Source of the DNA: Pseudidiomarina sp.
GTDB lineage: Bacteria; Pseudomonadota; Gammaproteobacteria; Enterobacterales; Alteromonadaceae
Direction: 5' to 3'
NCBI RefSeq assembly: GCF_048267825.1
Contig: NZ_JBLWWR010000009.1
Location: forward strand, 27,443-91,442
DNA: 64,000 nucleotides
Shown: in pieces, positions 1-9,816 of the stretch
How the letters are laid out: each line of letters begins with the position of its first letter
How positions within the stretch are numbered: the first letter of the stretch is position 1
The notes under the pieces: generated by a model
Seen by the model: the letters and a program-made list of their open reading frames with translations, nothing else
Database searches by the model: none
What the model was told of the DNA's origin: nothing
Position numbers and translations under genes: made by a program

Positions 1-444
1 TTGGCGGGCAACGTAAGAGCGCGCCATAGGAATCACTTCTACAGGGACAGGGAAGTTACCCAAGCGACCAACCACCTTACTTTCGTCCGCAATGCAGATG
101 AATTTATCGGCTACGGCAGCGATGATTTTCTCGCGCGTCAGGGCGCCGCCGCCACCTTTCACCATGCGCAGGTGTTCATCAATTTCGTCGGCACCATCAA
201 CGTAAACAGGTAGGCTGCCGACATTGTTGAGCTCAACCACTTCAATACCATGGGCTTTTAAACGTTTGGTGGACTCTTCCGAGCTTGAAACCGCAGCTTC
301 AATGTCATTCTTCATGGTGGCGAGTGCGTCAATGAAAAAATTAACAGTTGAGCCGGTGCCAACGCCTACAATGGTATTGGGTTCTATGTATTTTAATGCG
401 GCTTCAGCGGCTTGCTTTTTGAGTTGGTCTTGAGAGGTCGTCAT
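1..444 (-). CDS. rpiA: Ribose-5-phosphate isomerase A, N-terminal ~148 aa (3' end runs off the window)
   Basis: Reverse translation from the ATG at 444..442 reads [41 protein letters not shown]...[26 protein letters not shown], which are typical RpiA motifs. The + strand track ORFs 1..213 and 224..433 are its antisense. Confidence 0.9.
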   Translation of the reverse strand, partial: MTTSQDQLKKQAAEAALKYIEPNTIVGVGTGSTVNFFIDALATMKNDIEAAVSSSEESTKRLKAHGIEVVELNNVGSLPVYVDGADEIDEHLRMVKGGGGALTREKIIAAVADKFICIADESKVVGRLGNFPVPVEVIPMARSYVARQ

Positions 445-489
445 ACGGATTCCCACAGTCAGTTGTCTATGGCCTTTGAGTATACAGTC

Positions 490-1140
490 TTAGCTGCGAA
501 AGTCCCATATTTTCGCGGGCGTAATCACCATCGGTAGCGGCACATCCCAAGGGTTTTTGGGCAGTTCATCCACCAGCTGACAATCAAGCGCCAAACCAAC
601 AGGCAGCAGGTTTTTGATATGCCCCTTATGCCAAGCGCTTAGGGTACGGTCATAAAAACCGCCGCCCATACCCATGCGGTTGCCACTGCGGTCGAACCCC
701 ACCAGCGGCACCAGCAGCACCTGCATGTGTTGCAACGGCACAATGTGCTGCGCGTTTAATTCCGGCTCAGGAATACCGTATTTGTTGTGGGTCCAGTGGG
801 TGGTTTCGCTGAGCCTCAGGAACAACAAATGCCCCGCAAGAATAGGGTGTAAAATGGGTAAAGCAAGTTGATGCTGCGCATCCATAAGTTGTTGGTTTAT
901 GGCATGGGTGGGTAACTCAGCGCGTACGCTAAAGTAACTGCCCAGTGTACAAGGTTGGCGCAGCTCAGGCAGGCTAAGTAAGTGTTCACCCACCTGTCGC
1001 GCCGCATCATCGCGCTCTGCGGCAGATAGGCTAGCGCGTGCGTTGAGAAGGTGGCTGCGTAATTGCTGTTGCGACACGGCGCTGATATCCTTAGTTGCAT
1101 AATAAATCGAATAACAGTGAGTTATACCATGATACGCCAA
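490..1140 (-). CDS. ygfA: 5-formyltetrahydrofolate cyclo-ligase (start uncertain; in-frame GTG at 1077 is an alternative)
   Basis: Has the family motifs LLVPLVGFDRSGNRMGMGGGFYDRTL. Its position next to ssrS/zapA matches enterobacteria. Confidence 0.85.
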   Translation of the reverse strand: MAYHGITHCYSIYYATKDISAVSQQQLRSHLLNARASLSAAERDDAARQVGEHLLSLPELRQPCTLGSYFSVRAELPTHAINQQLMDAQHQLALPILHPILAGHLLFLRLSETTHWTHNKYGIPEPELNAQHIVPLQHMQVLLVPLVGFDRSGNRMGMGGGFYDRTLSAWHKGHIKNLLPVGLALDCQLVDELPKNPWDVPLPMVITPAKIWDFRS

Positions 1141-2700
1141 TTACTGACCACGTTAACCCTGACCTTTGTGATAGCCAGTACAGCTGTCGCTGCACCGCCA
1201 AAAGCTCCAGCCAGGGGTGACCAAGGTGACGGCCCCTACACACGTTTAATTTTGCGTGGGGCAACCTTGATAAACGGTGAGGGTGCACCGGCACAAGGGC
1301 CGGTGGATATCGTTATCGAAAACGACCGTATTGTGAATGTGGTGAGTGTTGGTAACCCTGGGGTGCCAATTAAAGCGGAAGGGCGGCCGGAAGCTGGACC
1401 TAACGACACCGAACTTGATGTAACCGGTAAATATGTTCTGCCGGGCTTCATTGATATGCACGGCCACATTGGTGGCTCTGCTGAAGGCATTCCAGCTGAA
1501 TACGTGCTGAAGCTCATGCTGGCACACGGCATTACCACAGTGCGTGAACCGGGCAGCTTTAACGGTCTGGACTGGACCAAGTGGCATCAGCAACAGGCCG
1601 AGAAGAATTCAATTGTTTCACCGCGACTTATTCCGTACGCAGGTTTTGGAATGGGCGCTGACGCTCCTATTTTTAACGGCGAACAAGCCCGTGATTGGGT
1701 ACGCGGTATCAAAAAACAGGGCGCAGCGGGGATAAAATTCTTTGGCGCAACCCCGAAAGTGATGGCTGCTGCGCTTGATGAAGCTAACCAGCAAAAGCTT
1801 GGCACCATGATGCACCATGCGCAGTTGAACGTGGTACGTACCAGCGTTATTGACTCAGCCCGTTTAGGCTTGGGTAGCATGGAGCACTGGTATGGGTTGC
1901 CTGAGGCGTTGTTTACCGGCCAGCAAATTCAGAACTATCCGGCCGATTACAACTACAACAACGAACAAGATCGCTTCCGTGAAGCAGGTAAGCTCTGGGC
2001 ACAAGCTGCAAAACCGGGTTCAGAAAAATGGAATCAAGTACGTGATGAGTTGATTGCGCTCGACTTTACCATTAACCCCACGCTTACTATTTATGAAGCG
2101 AGCCGTGACTTGATGCGCGAGCGCCAGGCCATTTGGCACGACGAATACACCTTACCGCAACTGTGGGACTTCTTTACGCCCAGCCGCTATGCGCACGGTT
2201 CATATTGGTTTGACTGGACCACTGATGAAGAGGTTGCATGGCGCAAGAACTACCAATTGTGGATGACCTTCTTAAACGACTTTAAAAACCATGGTGGTCG
2301 CATCACCACAGGTTCAGATGCAGGTTACATTTACAAAATATACGGCTTTGGTTACATCCGCGAATTGGAATTATTACGTGAAGCAGGCTTCAATGCGCTT
2401 GAAGTGATTCAAGCTGCAACGCTTAACGGCGCCGAAGCGCTTGGCCTTGAAGATGAAATTGGCAGTGTGGTGCCGGGTAAAAAAGCCGACTTAATTGTGG
2501 TCGACGAAAACCCGCTAGCAAACTTTAAGGTGCTGTACGGTACAGGCCACTACAAGCTCGATGAAAACAATGAGCCAATGCGCACCAAAGGCATTCGCTA
2601 CACCATCAAAGATGGCATCATCTTTGATGCACAAGAACTGCTATCCGACGTCCGCCGACTCGTAGACGAGGAAAAGCAAAAGCGCACCAATAACGAATAA
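1129..2700 (+). CDS. Secreted metal-dependent amidohydrolase family protein
   Basis: The internal ATG at 1129 gives the signal peptide MIRQLLTTLTLTFVIASTAVAAPP. Motifs are LPGFIDMHGHIGG near the N-terminus and GKKADLIVVDENPL near the C-terminus. Confidence 0.8.
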   Translation: MIRQLLTTLTLTFVIASTAVAAPPKAPARGDQGDGPYTRLILRGATLINGEGAPAQGPVDIVIENDRIVNVVSVGNPGVPIKAEGRPEAGPNDTELDVTGKYVLPGFIDMHGHIGGSAEGIPAEYVLKLMLAHGITTVREPGSFNGLDWTKWHQQQAEKNSIVSPRLIPYAGFGMGADAPIFNGEQARDWVRGIKKQGAAGIKFFGATPKVMAAALDEANQQKLGTMMHHAQLNVVRTSVIDSARLGLGSMEHWYGLPEALFTGQQIQNYPADYNYNNEQDRFREAGKLWAQAAKPGSEKWNQVRDELIALDFTINPTLTIYEASRDLMRERQAIWHDEYTLPQLWDFFTPSRYAHGSYWFDWTTDEEVAWRKNYQLWMTFLNDFKNHGGRITTGSDAGYIYKIYGFGYIRELELLREAGFNALEVIQAATLNGAEALGLEDEIGSVVPGKKADLIVVDENPLANFKVLYGTGHYKLDENNEPMRTKGIRYTIKDGIIFDAQELLSDVRRLVDEEKQKRTNNE

Positions 2701-2725
2701 CGATTAACGAATAACGGTTTTTGAA

Positions 2726-2916
2726 GGGGTGACCACCCAGAATGCCGCTGCGTGCCTTGGCCCTTGAACCCACTGGTTCAAGGCGGGGCGCAATTGGAAC
2801 GACCGCAGGCTTCTCGATACATGTCGAGCTTGCACAATAGTCGCCCAGTGAGCCCCTTTACTGCTAGCATCGGCTCAGGGACATCGGCGTGCTGGCGCAC
2901 ATCCCAGGCAGTCATA
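2726..2916 (-). ncRNA. ssrS: 6S RNA
   Basis: The reverse strand contains ..UCCCUGAGCCGAUG.., ..CGAGAAGCCUGCGG.. and ..CCUUGAACCAGUGGGUUCAAGGGCC..GCGGCAUUCUGGG... These match the conserved blocks of E. coli 6S RNA (CCCUGAGCCGAU, GAGAAGCCU, CCUUGAACCAAGGGUUCAAGGG). It lies immediately downstream of zapA as in E. coli. Ends are approximate. Confidence 0.8.
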
Positions 2917-2926
2917 ATTCTTTGTA

Positions 2927-3232
2927 CTAACGTCCGGGGCGTTGCTCGGCCATTACTTGCTCAAGCGTTTCTTGCAACAACTTCAGCTTTTCTTCTAAAT
3001 CAACAATGTACTGTTGTTTACGTTGTTCATCTTGCGCAAATTCATGGCATAAATTCAACGCCGCCATAACCGCAATTTGTTCAGGGTTTGATAACTTCGT
3101 TGCCCCGCGAATAGTTTCGAGCTTTTTATTTAAGCGGTCGGCGGCCTGTTGCAACGCCACTTCTTGCCCAGCAGGACAATTCACCTTGTAGTGACGTTCC
3201 ATCAATCTTATGTCCATGGTGCGTTGACTCAT
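2927..3232 (-). CDS. zapA: Cell division protein ZapA
   Basis: 101 aa. MDIRLMERHYKVNCPAGQEVALQQAADRLNKKL...IAVMAALNLCHEF is ZapA-like. The gene is divergent from ygfB as in E. coli. Confidence 0.9.
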   Translation of the reverse strand: MSQRTMDIRLMERHYKVNCPAGQEVALQQAADRLNKKLETIRGATKLSNPEQIAVMAALNLCHEFAQDEQRKQQYIVDLEEKLKLLQETLEQVMAEQRPGR

Positions 3233-3369
3233 GCCGCTTCCTCTGTGCTTGAACTATTCTTATTAATTACACTGCTAATATTATGACACGTCCTACCGGC
3301 CTTTGTCAGCTAGCCTGAATAGCTTTGCAATGGTAGGATGTGCGTAAAGAACGTAAAGAGAATATAGCT

Positions 3370-3957
3370 ATGTCTGAAACGGGTAGCAGTAATGCTAAAC
3401 CACTTAATTACGACCAGTTAAACGAATTCTTCGAGCAGCAAGGAATATTATCCAGCGCGGCCGAAGTTCACGGCATTTTAACCGGAATGGTTGCGAGCGG
3501 CGCCAGCCTGAAAGGCGAAGATTGGTTGACGCTACTGAGCGACTTAATCCATGAAGGTCAATCGTTTAAGCATGCCGTCAAAAAGCAGCTTATCGAAATG
3601 GCTGCAGACGTTTGCGCCAGCATGCGTGACCCAGACTTAGGTTTTAACCTGTTACTGCCAAGTGACCACGAATCTTTGGTTGAACGCCTTGGCTGCATGA
3701 TCGGTTGGGTACAGTCTTATCTGGTTGGTTTTGGTGTGAATCAAACCAACTTAGCTGGGCTATCTGACGATGTTCGCGAAGTTATCGATGACATGGTCGA
3801 AATTGCAAAACTTGATTTTGCCGTTGACGACGACGAAGAAGGCGAGCGTGCCTACTATGAAGTGGTGGAATATTTACGTATATCGGCCATGTTGTGCTTT
3901 AACGAGTTAGGCCAGCGCGCTGGCACCGATTGTGTCACCAATAAGGTGTTACATTAA
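3370..3957 (+). CDS. ygfB: UPF0149 family protein YgfB
   Basis: Collinear with E. coli YgfB: ..AAEVHGILTGMV.., ..GWVQSYLVGFGV.., and an acidic stretch followed by VVEYLRISAMLC. The ATG at 3370 is preferred over the GTG at 3340. Confidence 0.8.
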   Translation: MSETGSSNAKPLNYDQLNEFFEQQGILSSAAEVHGILTGMVASGASLKGEDWLTLLSDLIHEGQSFKHAVKKQLIEMAADVCASMRDPDLGFNLLLPSDHESLVERLGCMIGWVQSYLVGFGVNQTNLAGLSDDVREVIDDMVEIAKLDFAVDDDEEGERAYYEVVEYLRISAMLCFNELGQRAGTDCVTNKVLH

Positions 3958-3987
3958 TTTACTGACCCGTTTCTGATGTAGGTTCAC

Positions 3988-5310
3988 ATGTTACATACCC
4001 AAGTTTCTGCCGAATTCAAAAAGCGACGCGCCCACGTATTAAAACTTTTAAAAAAGTCGTCGCCGGCGGCTGTGGCCGTTATCCCAAGTGCACAACTGCA
4101 AACGCGTAGCCGCGACACGGAATTTCCGTTTCGTCAGGACAGCGACTTCTTCTACCTTACGGGCTTTAATGAACCCAACGCATTGTTGGTTCTTGCGCCA
4201 CATAGCGAAACCCCAGTGCAGCTATTCTGTCAGCCGAGCAGCCCAGTTGATGAAGTGTGGCACGGCCGACGCCTTGGTGTTGAGCGCGCGTTGGAAAGTC
4301 TGGGTGTCGATTTCACCGGCAGCATTGACGATGTGGACGATCATTTATTTGCCATTCTTGATGGCGCGGAACAAGTTTATTACCCGCATGACAAGCCAGA
4401 ACTCGCCGCGCAATTGCATGCGCTGGCCGACGAGCTTCGTGCGACACCTAAAAAAGGGCATCAAGCGCCGCATGCATGGGTTGATATTAACCCGTGGTTA
4501 GCCGATATGCGCATTGTAAAAAGTGCCGCAGAGCTTGAGCTGATGCGCCACGCTGCGCGTATAAGTGTTGATGCACATAAGCGCGCGATGAAGTTCGTGA
4601 AACCGGGTAAATTTGAATATCAGGTTGCAGCAGAAATTCACCATGAATTTGCCATGCAAAACGCGCTTTCGCCTGCCTACGGAACCATTTGTGGCAGCGG
4701 AGAAAATGCCTGTATTTTGCATTACACCGAAAACGAAAGTGAGCTGCACGACGGTGATCTACTATTAATTGACGCTGGCGCTGAATATCAAGGCTATGCC
4801 GGTGATATTACGCGAACATTCCCCGTCAACGGTCGCTTTAGCGCCGATCAAAAGGCGCTGTATAACGTGGTGCTAGCCGCCCAGCAGGCAGCGCTTGATA
4901 CGTTAAAACCAGGCAGCGATATGCAAAAAGCCATGGTTGCGGCGGGCAAGGCGTTAACTGAAGGCTTGCATGAACTTGGCATTCTTAAAGGCAATCTCAA
5001 AAAGCTAATCGCGAATGACGCTTTCCGGCCGTTTATGATTCATGGGTTAGGCCATTGGTTAGGGCTTGATGTGCATGACGTAGGCACCTACACCCAAGCC
5101 GGTAAAAAGCGCAAGTTTGAACCGGGTATGGTGTTAACCATCGAGCCGGGTATCTACATTCCGAACGGCACAGCCGATGTTGATGAAAAATGGCATGGTA
5201 TAGGTATTCGCATCGAAGACGATGTCATTATTACCGAACAAGGTTATGAAAATATGACACAAGGCGTACCTAAAACTGTTGAAGAGATTGAGCAATGGAT
5301 GGCTCAGTAG
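3988..5310 (+). CDS. pepP: Xaa-Pro aminopeptidase
   Basis: M24B motifs are present: DGDLLLIDAGAEYQGYAGDITRTFP, HGLGHWLGLDVHD and GMVLTIEPGIY. Confidence 0.9.
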   Translation: MLHTQVSAEFKKRRAHVLKLLKKSSPAAVAVIPSAQLQTRSRDTEFPFRQDSDFFYLTGFNEPNALLVLAPHSETPVQLFCQPSSPVDEVWHGRRLGVERALESLGVDFTGSIDDVDDHLFAILDGAEQVYYPHDKPELAAQLHALADELRATPKKGHQAPHAWVDINPWLADMRIVKSAAELELMRHAARISVDAHKRAMKFVKPGKFEYQVAAEIHHEFAMQNALSPAYGTICGSGENACILHYTENESELHDGDLLLIDAGAEYQGYAGDITRTFPVNGRFSADQKALYNVVLAAQQAALDTLKPGSDMQKAMVAAGKALTEGLHELGILKGNLKKLIANDAFRPFMIHGLGHWLGLDVHDVGTYTQAGKKRKFEPGMVLTIEPGIYIPNGTADVDEKWHGIGIRIEDDVIITEQGYENMTQGVPKTVEEIEQWMAQ

Positions 5311-6476
5311 CACAGCAGCCGGTAATCATTGCTGGCGGCGGTCTGGTTGGCGCCTTAACCGCATTGCTGCTGGCTCGTGGCCGACCGGATTGGCGCATTC
5401 GTGTGCTTGAACCGCAACAACAGGGCCCCGCCCAAGACAAGCGCACCATTGCGCTGGCAGCTGCCACCGTATCGCTATTGCAACGCCAAGGCATTTGGCA
5501 ATCTATCGCGGATAAAGCGAGCCCGATTGAACACATTCATGTGAGCGATCGTGGGCATTTAGGGATGACACGACTGCACGCGCACCAGCATGGTGTGCCA
5601 GCAATGGGGCAAGTGATTGCCGCAGCAACGCTGAACAAGGCGTTGTACGAAGCGTGTCAGGTGCAGGACAATATCGATTGGGTTGGCGGTGCGTGGTTTG
5701 TGCGTGCGGAACGCCAATCTGCCGCAATTCAAGTGACCTACACGGTGAATGACACCGAGCACACAAGCTCAGCGCTGTTGCTGGTTGGTGCCGACGGGCA
5801 GCGTTCTCAAGTACGCACCGACGCCGGTATTACCATGCAGCACACCGACTACCAACAAGCCGGTATTATCGCCACACTGACGTTATCTGAATCGCTACAA
5901 GGCTGGGCCTACGAACGCTTCACGGAAACCGGCCCCATTGCGTTATTGCCTTTACCGAATAACCAAGCCTCACTGGTTTGGAGCTTAAGCCCTGAAGAGT
6001 CTCAACGGACATTAGCAAGTGCCGATGATGACTTTCTGGCAGCTTGCCAGCAGGCCTTTGGCTACCGTGCCGGTCGCTTTTTAGCCGTTACCGACAGGGT
6101 ACAATACCCACTGCAATTGCACCTGGCCGACACCAGCATTGCGCATCGTACGGTCATTATCGGGAATGCCTCGCACACCTTGCATCCAATTGCCGGGCAA
6201 GGGTTTAATCTCGGGGTGCGTGACGCCATTGAGTTGAGTGCAAAACTCATCCATGCCAAAGACCCCGGCAGCTATTCAATATTAAGTGGTTACAACCAAG
6301 CACGCCAAGCCGACTACAAACATATTATTGGATTAACGGACAGTTTAGTGCGTGGCTTTTCCAACCACTACGCGCCATTGATTATGGGGCGTAATTTAGC
6401 CTTGTTTGGGTTAGATAACTTACCGCCGTTGCGCCATGTTTTTGCGCGACAAACGATGGGGTTCCGTGACCTATGA
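5295..6476 (+). CDS. ubiH: FAD-dependent ubiquinone-biosynthesis hydroxylase (UbiH-type)
   Basis: Has the GxGxxG motif IIAGGGLVGALTA and GNASHTLHPIAGQGFNLGVRD. Position after pepP matches E. coli. Overlaps the pepP 3' end by 16 nt. Confidence 0.8.
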   Translation: MDGSVAQQPVIIAGGGLVGALTALLLARGRPDWRIRVLEPQQQGPAQDKRTIALAAATVSLLQRQGIWQSIADKASPIEHIHVSDRGHLGMTRLHAHQHGVPAMGQVIAAATLNKALYEACQVQDNIDWVGGAWFVRAERQSAAIQVTYTVNDTEHTSSALLLVGADGQRSQVRTDAGITMQHTDYQQAGIIATLTLSESLQGWAYERFTETGPIALLPLPNNQASLVWSLSPEESQRTLASADDDFLAACQQAFGYRAGRFLAVTDRVQYPLQLHLADTSIAHRTVIIGNASHTLHPIAGQGFNLGVRDAIELSAKLIHAKDPGSYSILSGYNQARQADYKHIIGLTDSLVRGFSNHYAPLIMGRNLALFGLDNLPPLRHVFARQTMGFRDL

Positions 6477-7633
6477 AAGCTCAAACGAATGCTCTGACAG
6501 TCATTATTGTCGGCGGCGGCATGATTGGTTTAAGCGCCGCGTTAGGCTTACGTCAGCAGGGCCACCGCGTACACATGGTTGAGCGCTCTGGCCGACCGAC
6601 CTATAGCGAACAAACCGAGCTGCGCGTAAGTGCACTGGCGCATCACAGCCGGGCATTACTGCAAAACCTTGGCGTGTGGCAGAAGCTTCCGGCCGAACGT
6701 TTGGGCCCTTACACCGGTATGCAGGTGTGGGACCACGACAGTTTTGGTGAGATTTGCTTTGCCGCGGCAGAAGTTGATGCGGATGACCTTGGCGCAATTG
6801 TTGAAAACCGCGTGTTAGAGCAAGCATTATGGGATGCCGCTGAAGCAAGCGGTGTGGTCATGCACGCCGAAGAAGAAGTGACCGCGCATCAGGTTGATGC
6901 CGAACATGCGCACGTAACCTTAAACTCAGGCCAGCAGCTGCATGGTGACTATTTAATCGCCGCAGACGGCGCGCGTTCAGCCATTCGCGAACGTGCCAAG
7001 TTACCCATTAGCTTTTGGGATTACGAACAAACCGGCATTGTCGCCGTCATTGAAACCGAGCAGCCGCATCAAGGCGTGGCTCGGCAGGTATTTTTGCCTA
7101 CAGGGCCAGTGGCGTGGCTGCCGTTGCATGATCCACACCATGTGTCATTGGTATGGTCGGCCGACTCGGATTATGCACAGCAGTTGCTTGCCGATGACGA
7201 CAAAACATTTATACACCAGTTGCAAGCCGCAAGTGATCAGTGCCTTGGCACACTGCAATTAGCGTCACAGCGGGTTGGCTTTCCATTGCGTATGCAATAT
7301 GCGCAGCGGTGGCTGCAAGACCGCTTGCTGATTATCGGCGACGCCGCGCACAGCATTCACCCGTTAGCGGGGCAGGGGGCTAACCTGGGTTTTGGTGATG
7401 TTATTGATTTACTCGCGGTATTTGAGCAATCGCCGTCCCAGCGCAGCTTGCGAGGCTGGGAGCGCAAGCGCAAAGCTGCCGCGCTTACCATGATCACCGC
7501 AATGGAAGCCTTCAAACGTGGTTTCGGCAGTGCCAATCCGTTACTTAAATTGGTGCGCGGTGTGGGCTTTAAAGTGGCCAATAGCACGGCGCCTATCAAA
7601 CGTATGCTGGTAAAAGCAGCGCTGGGCGAATAG
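6473..7633 (+). CDS. ubiI: FAD-dependent ubiquinone-biosynthesis hydroxylase (UbiI/VisC-type)
   Basis: Motifs IIVGGGMIGLSAA and GDAAHSIHPLAGQGANLGFGD. The ATGA overlap with ubiH and the synteny with E. coli ubiH-visC support the call. Confidence 0.75.
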   Translation: MKAQTNALTVIIVGGGMIGLSAALGLRQQGHRVHMVERSGRPTYSEQTELRVSALAHHSRALLQNLGVWQKLPAERLGPYTGMQVWDHDSFGEICFAAAEVDADDLGAIVENRVLEQALWDAAEASGVVMHAEEEVTAHQVDAEHAHVTLNSGQQLHGDYLIAADGARSAIRERAKLPISFWDYEQTGIVAVIETEQPHQGVARQVFLPTGPVAWLPLHDPHHVSLVWSADSDYAQQLLADDDKTFIHQLQAASDQCLGTLQLASQRVGFPLRMQYAQRWLQDRLLIIGDAAHSIHPLAGQGANLGFGDVIDLLAVFEQSPSQRSLRGWERKRKAAALTMITAMEAFKRGFGSANPLLKLVRGVGFKVANSTAPIKRMLVKAALGE

Positions 7634-7636
7634 CCG

Positions 7637-8494
7637 CTAGATGCGTTCTTGAATAAACTGGGCAAGCTGCGTGGCGGCTTGATTGTCGGCATCGGCTTGC
7701 CACATCGCAACGCTTACCTCGCCAAGTTCAGGCAGCGCATGGTAGTGGCTACGTTGCAATCGCGCTAAGTTGTCCGGCACCGTACTTTGCGCCAATACCG
7801 TTAACCCCAAACCGCTTTCAATGGCGGCCGTGAGGCCCGAGAAATCCGCGTTGGTGTAACTGATGCGAACCGGCGTGTTGGCTTGTCGCAGCACAGCCAA
7901 GGCGCGGCGCCGATAAATGCAGCCTTCGGGCGCTACAACCAAAGACAGGGCTTCAGTGCTGCCACCAATTTCGCTGTGGCTGCCCACCCAAACCAAAGGT
8001 TCTTGCTTTAAAATAATCAAACCCGGGCGGGTAACGCGTTTATCGGGCTCTTTTAAGGCAATCACCAAGTCAAAATGCGCCTGTTCGTCTTTGAGTAAGT
8101 CTTTGCTAAGCGCCGATGTGACCGACAGCGAAACATTCGGATAGGCCTGCGCAAACTGACCAAGCACCTGCGGCAAGAGTTTACTGGCGAACTCGCTTGG
8201 AATACCTAAGCGCACTTGCCCCGACACACTGGGCTCGGTAAAGCGCGCAAAAATTTGGTCATTCAGGCCGAGCAACAGCCGCGCCTGCTCAAGCAGCTCT
8301 GCGCCGGAAGGGGTCAGATGAATACGGCCACCGCTGCGACTTAATAGCGACACGCCAAGTAAGTCTTCAAGCCGCTGCAATTGCAAGCTTATTGCAGGTT
8401 GCGAACGGTTTAATTGTTGGGCGGCAGCGGTATAACTCTGCAATTCATAAATACTTATAAACGCACGTAGCGCTTCTAACGGGAGATGTTGCAT
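7637..8494 (-). CDS. LysR-family transcriptional regulator (divergent from gcvT)
   Basis: From the internal ATG at 8494 the protein reads MQHLPLEALRAFISIYELQSYTAAAQQLNRSQPAISLQLQRLEDLLGV, a LysR HTH. The longer track ORF (to 8683) runs through the AT-rich promoter region and is rejected. Confidence 0.85.
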   Translation of the reverse strand: MQHLPLEALRAFISIYELQSYTAAAQQLNRSQPAISLQLQRLEDLLGVSLLSRSGGRIHLTPSGAELLEQARLLLGLNDQIFARFTEPSVSGQVRLGIPSEFASKLLPQVLGQFAQAYPNVSLSVTSALSKDLLKDEQAHFDLVIALKEPDKRVTRPGLIILKQEPLVWVGSHSEIGGSTEALSLVVAPEGCIYRRRALAVLRQANTPVRISYTNADFSGLTAAIESGLGLTVLAQSTVPDNLARLQRSHYHALPELGEVSVAMWQADADNQAATQLAQFIQERI

Positions 8495-8536
8495 GCTGCA
8501 GGCCCTATTCTCATGGGTTTCATTACTGAATCTTAT

Positions 8537-8587
8537 ATGAATATTAAATATATTTAAAATATTTATGAATGTATAAGTAATATTCAT
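8537..8587. promoter_or_regulatory. Perfect 10-bp inverted repeat ATGAATATTA / TAATATTCAT in the LysR-gcvT divergent region (candidate operator)
   Basis: The arms at 8537..8546 and 8578..8587 are exact reverse complements and sit in a very AT-rich block. A third half-site-like ATGAATGTA lies at 8565..8573. Confidence 0.35.
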
Positions 8588-8616
8588 TTGTTGCGGGGGC
8601 CTTAGAGTTCTATAAT
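8588..8616 (+). promoter_or_regulatory. Putative sigma70 promoter of gcvTHP
   Basis: TTGTTG (8588..8593), a 17-nt spacer, then TATAAT (8611..8616), about 75 nt upstream of the gcvT ATG. Confidence 0.4.
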
Positions 8617-8690
8617 TCGCCCTAATTTTTTGAATGCGCAAGCACTGTGAAAACTTCGGCGCATCGACACCAAAAAAGGACAACTAGCTC

Positions 8691-9773
8691 ATGGCAAATC
8701 GCACTCCTTTATATGACGCGCATGTGAAAGCTGGCGCGAAAATGGTCGACTTCCACGGCTGGGACATGCCGCTGAATTACGGCTCGCAAATAGAAGAACA
8801 CAATGCGGTGCGCAACGACTCAGGCGTATTCGATGTGTCGCACATGACAATTGTTGATGTGGCCGGTATTGATGCGAAACCTTTCCTGCGCTACCTGTTA
8901 GCCAATGACGTTGCAAAACTCAGCATTCCGGGTAAAGCCCTTTACAGCGGCATGCTGAACGAACAAGGCGGCGTAATTGACGACCTTATCGTTTATTTCT
9001 TCAGTGACGAGTCGTATCGCCTGGTTGTGAACTCCGCAACCCGTGAGCGCGACATGGACTGGATTCACAGCGTTGCGGCAAGCTTTAAAGTAACCATCAC
9101 AGAACAACCAAGTTTCGGTATGGTGGCGTTGCAAGGGCCAAAAGCTGCAGAAAAACTTAAGTTAGTACTGGGCGACGAAGCATTTGCGCCAGTCGCAGAC
9201 ATGAAGCCGTTTATGTCCGTACAAGCGGGAGACTACTTTATCGCGACCACCGGCTACACCGGTGAAAAAGGCTATGAAATTGTTGTGCCTGGCGACAAAG
9301 TTGAGAAGCTGTGGGACGACCTGTTAAATGTTGGCGTACAACCATGTGGGCTCGGCGCCCGTGATACACTGCGTTTAGAAGCAGGCATGAACTTGTACGG
9401 TCAAGATATGGACGAAAGCGTTACACCACTTGAATCAAATATGGGGTGGAGCGTTGCCTTTGAACCGGCTGACCGCGATTTTATTGGGCGTGCCGTGCTT
9501 GAACAGCAAAAAGCTGCAGGCCACGATAAGTTGGTTGGCTTGGTCATGAAAGAAAAAGGCGTGCTACGCCACGGTCAAAAAGTAGTGGTTGATGGCGCTG
9601 AAGGCGTGATCACATCAGGTACCTTTTCACCAACCTTAGGCTTCTCGATTGCTATGGCCCGTGTGCCGGCCACAGTCGGTGACAGCGTTGAGGTGGAAAT
9701 TCGCAAAAAATTAGTTACAGTAAGCGTGGTCAAACCAAGCTTCGTCCGTAACGGTAAGTCAGTACTTGCCTAA
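8691..9773 (+). CDS. gcvT: Glycine cleavage system aminomethyltransferase T protein
   Basis: [41 protein letters not shown]... is canonical GcvT. It is followed by gcvH and gcvP. Confidence 0.95.
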   Translation: MANRTPLYDAHVKAGAKMVDFHGWDMPLNYGSQIEEHNAVRNDSGVFDVSHMTIVDVAGIDAKPFLRYLLANDVAKLSIPGKALYSGMLNEQGGVIDDLIVYFFSDESYRLVVNSATRERDMDWIHSVAASFKVTITEQPSFGMVALQGPKAAEKLKLVLGDEAFAPVADMKPFMSVQAGDYFIATTGYTGEKGYEIVVPGDKVEKLWDDLLNVGVQPCGLGARDTLRLEAGMNLYGQDMDESVTPLESNMGWSVAFEPADRDFIGRAVLEQQKAAGHDKLVGLVMKEKGVLRHGQKVVVDGAEGVITSGTFSPTLGFSIAMARVPATVGDSVEVEIRKKLVTVSVVKPSFVRNGKSVLA

Positions 9774-9816
9774 GCATTTATTACCTTTCTGAAGAACAGA
9801 AAATGAGGAACAGAAC

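Noticed and set aside
1-433. Track ORFs 1..213 (+) and 224..433 (+).
   Set aside because: They are antisense to a clear rpiA reading frame on the minus strand and have no recognisable motifs of their own.
7637-8683. The 348-aa extended version of the LysR ORF.
   Set aside because: The first 63 codons run through the AT-rich promoter region and read as low-complexity sequence (NITYTFINILNIFNIHIRF). The canonical LysR HTH begins right at the internal ATG at 8494.
8495-8690. A glycine riboswitch in front of gcvT.
   Set aside because: The conserved riboswitch core strings are not visible in the short leader, and a plain sigma70 promoter plus operator-like repeats fit better. A covariance-model scan would be decisive.
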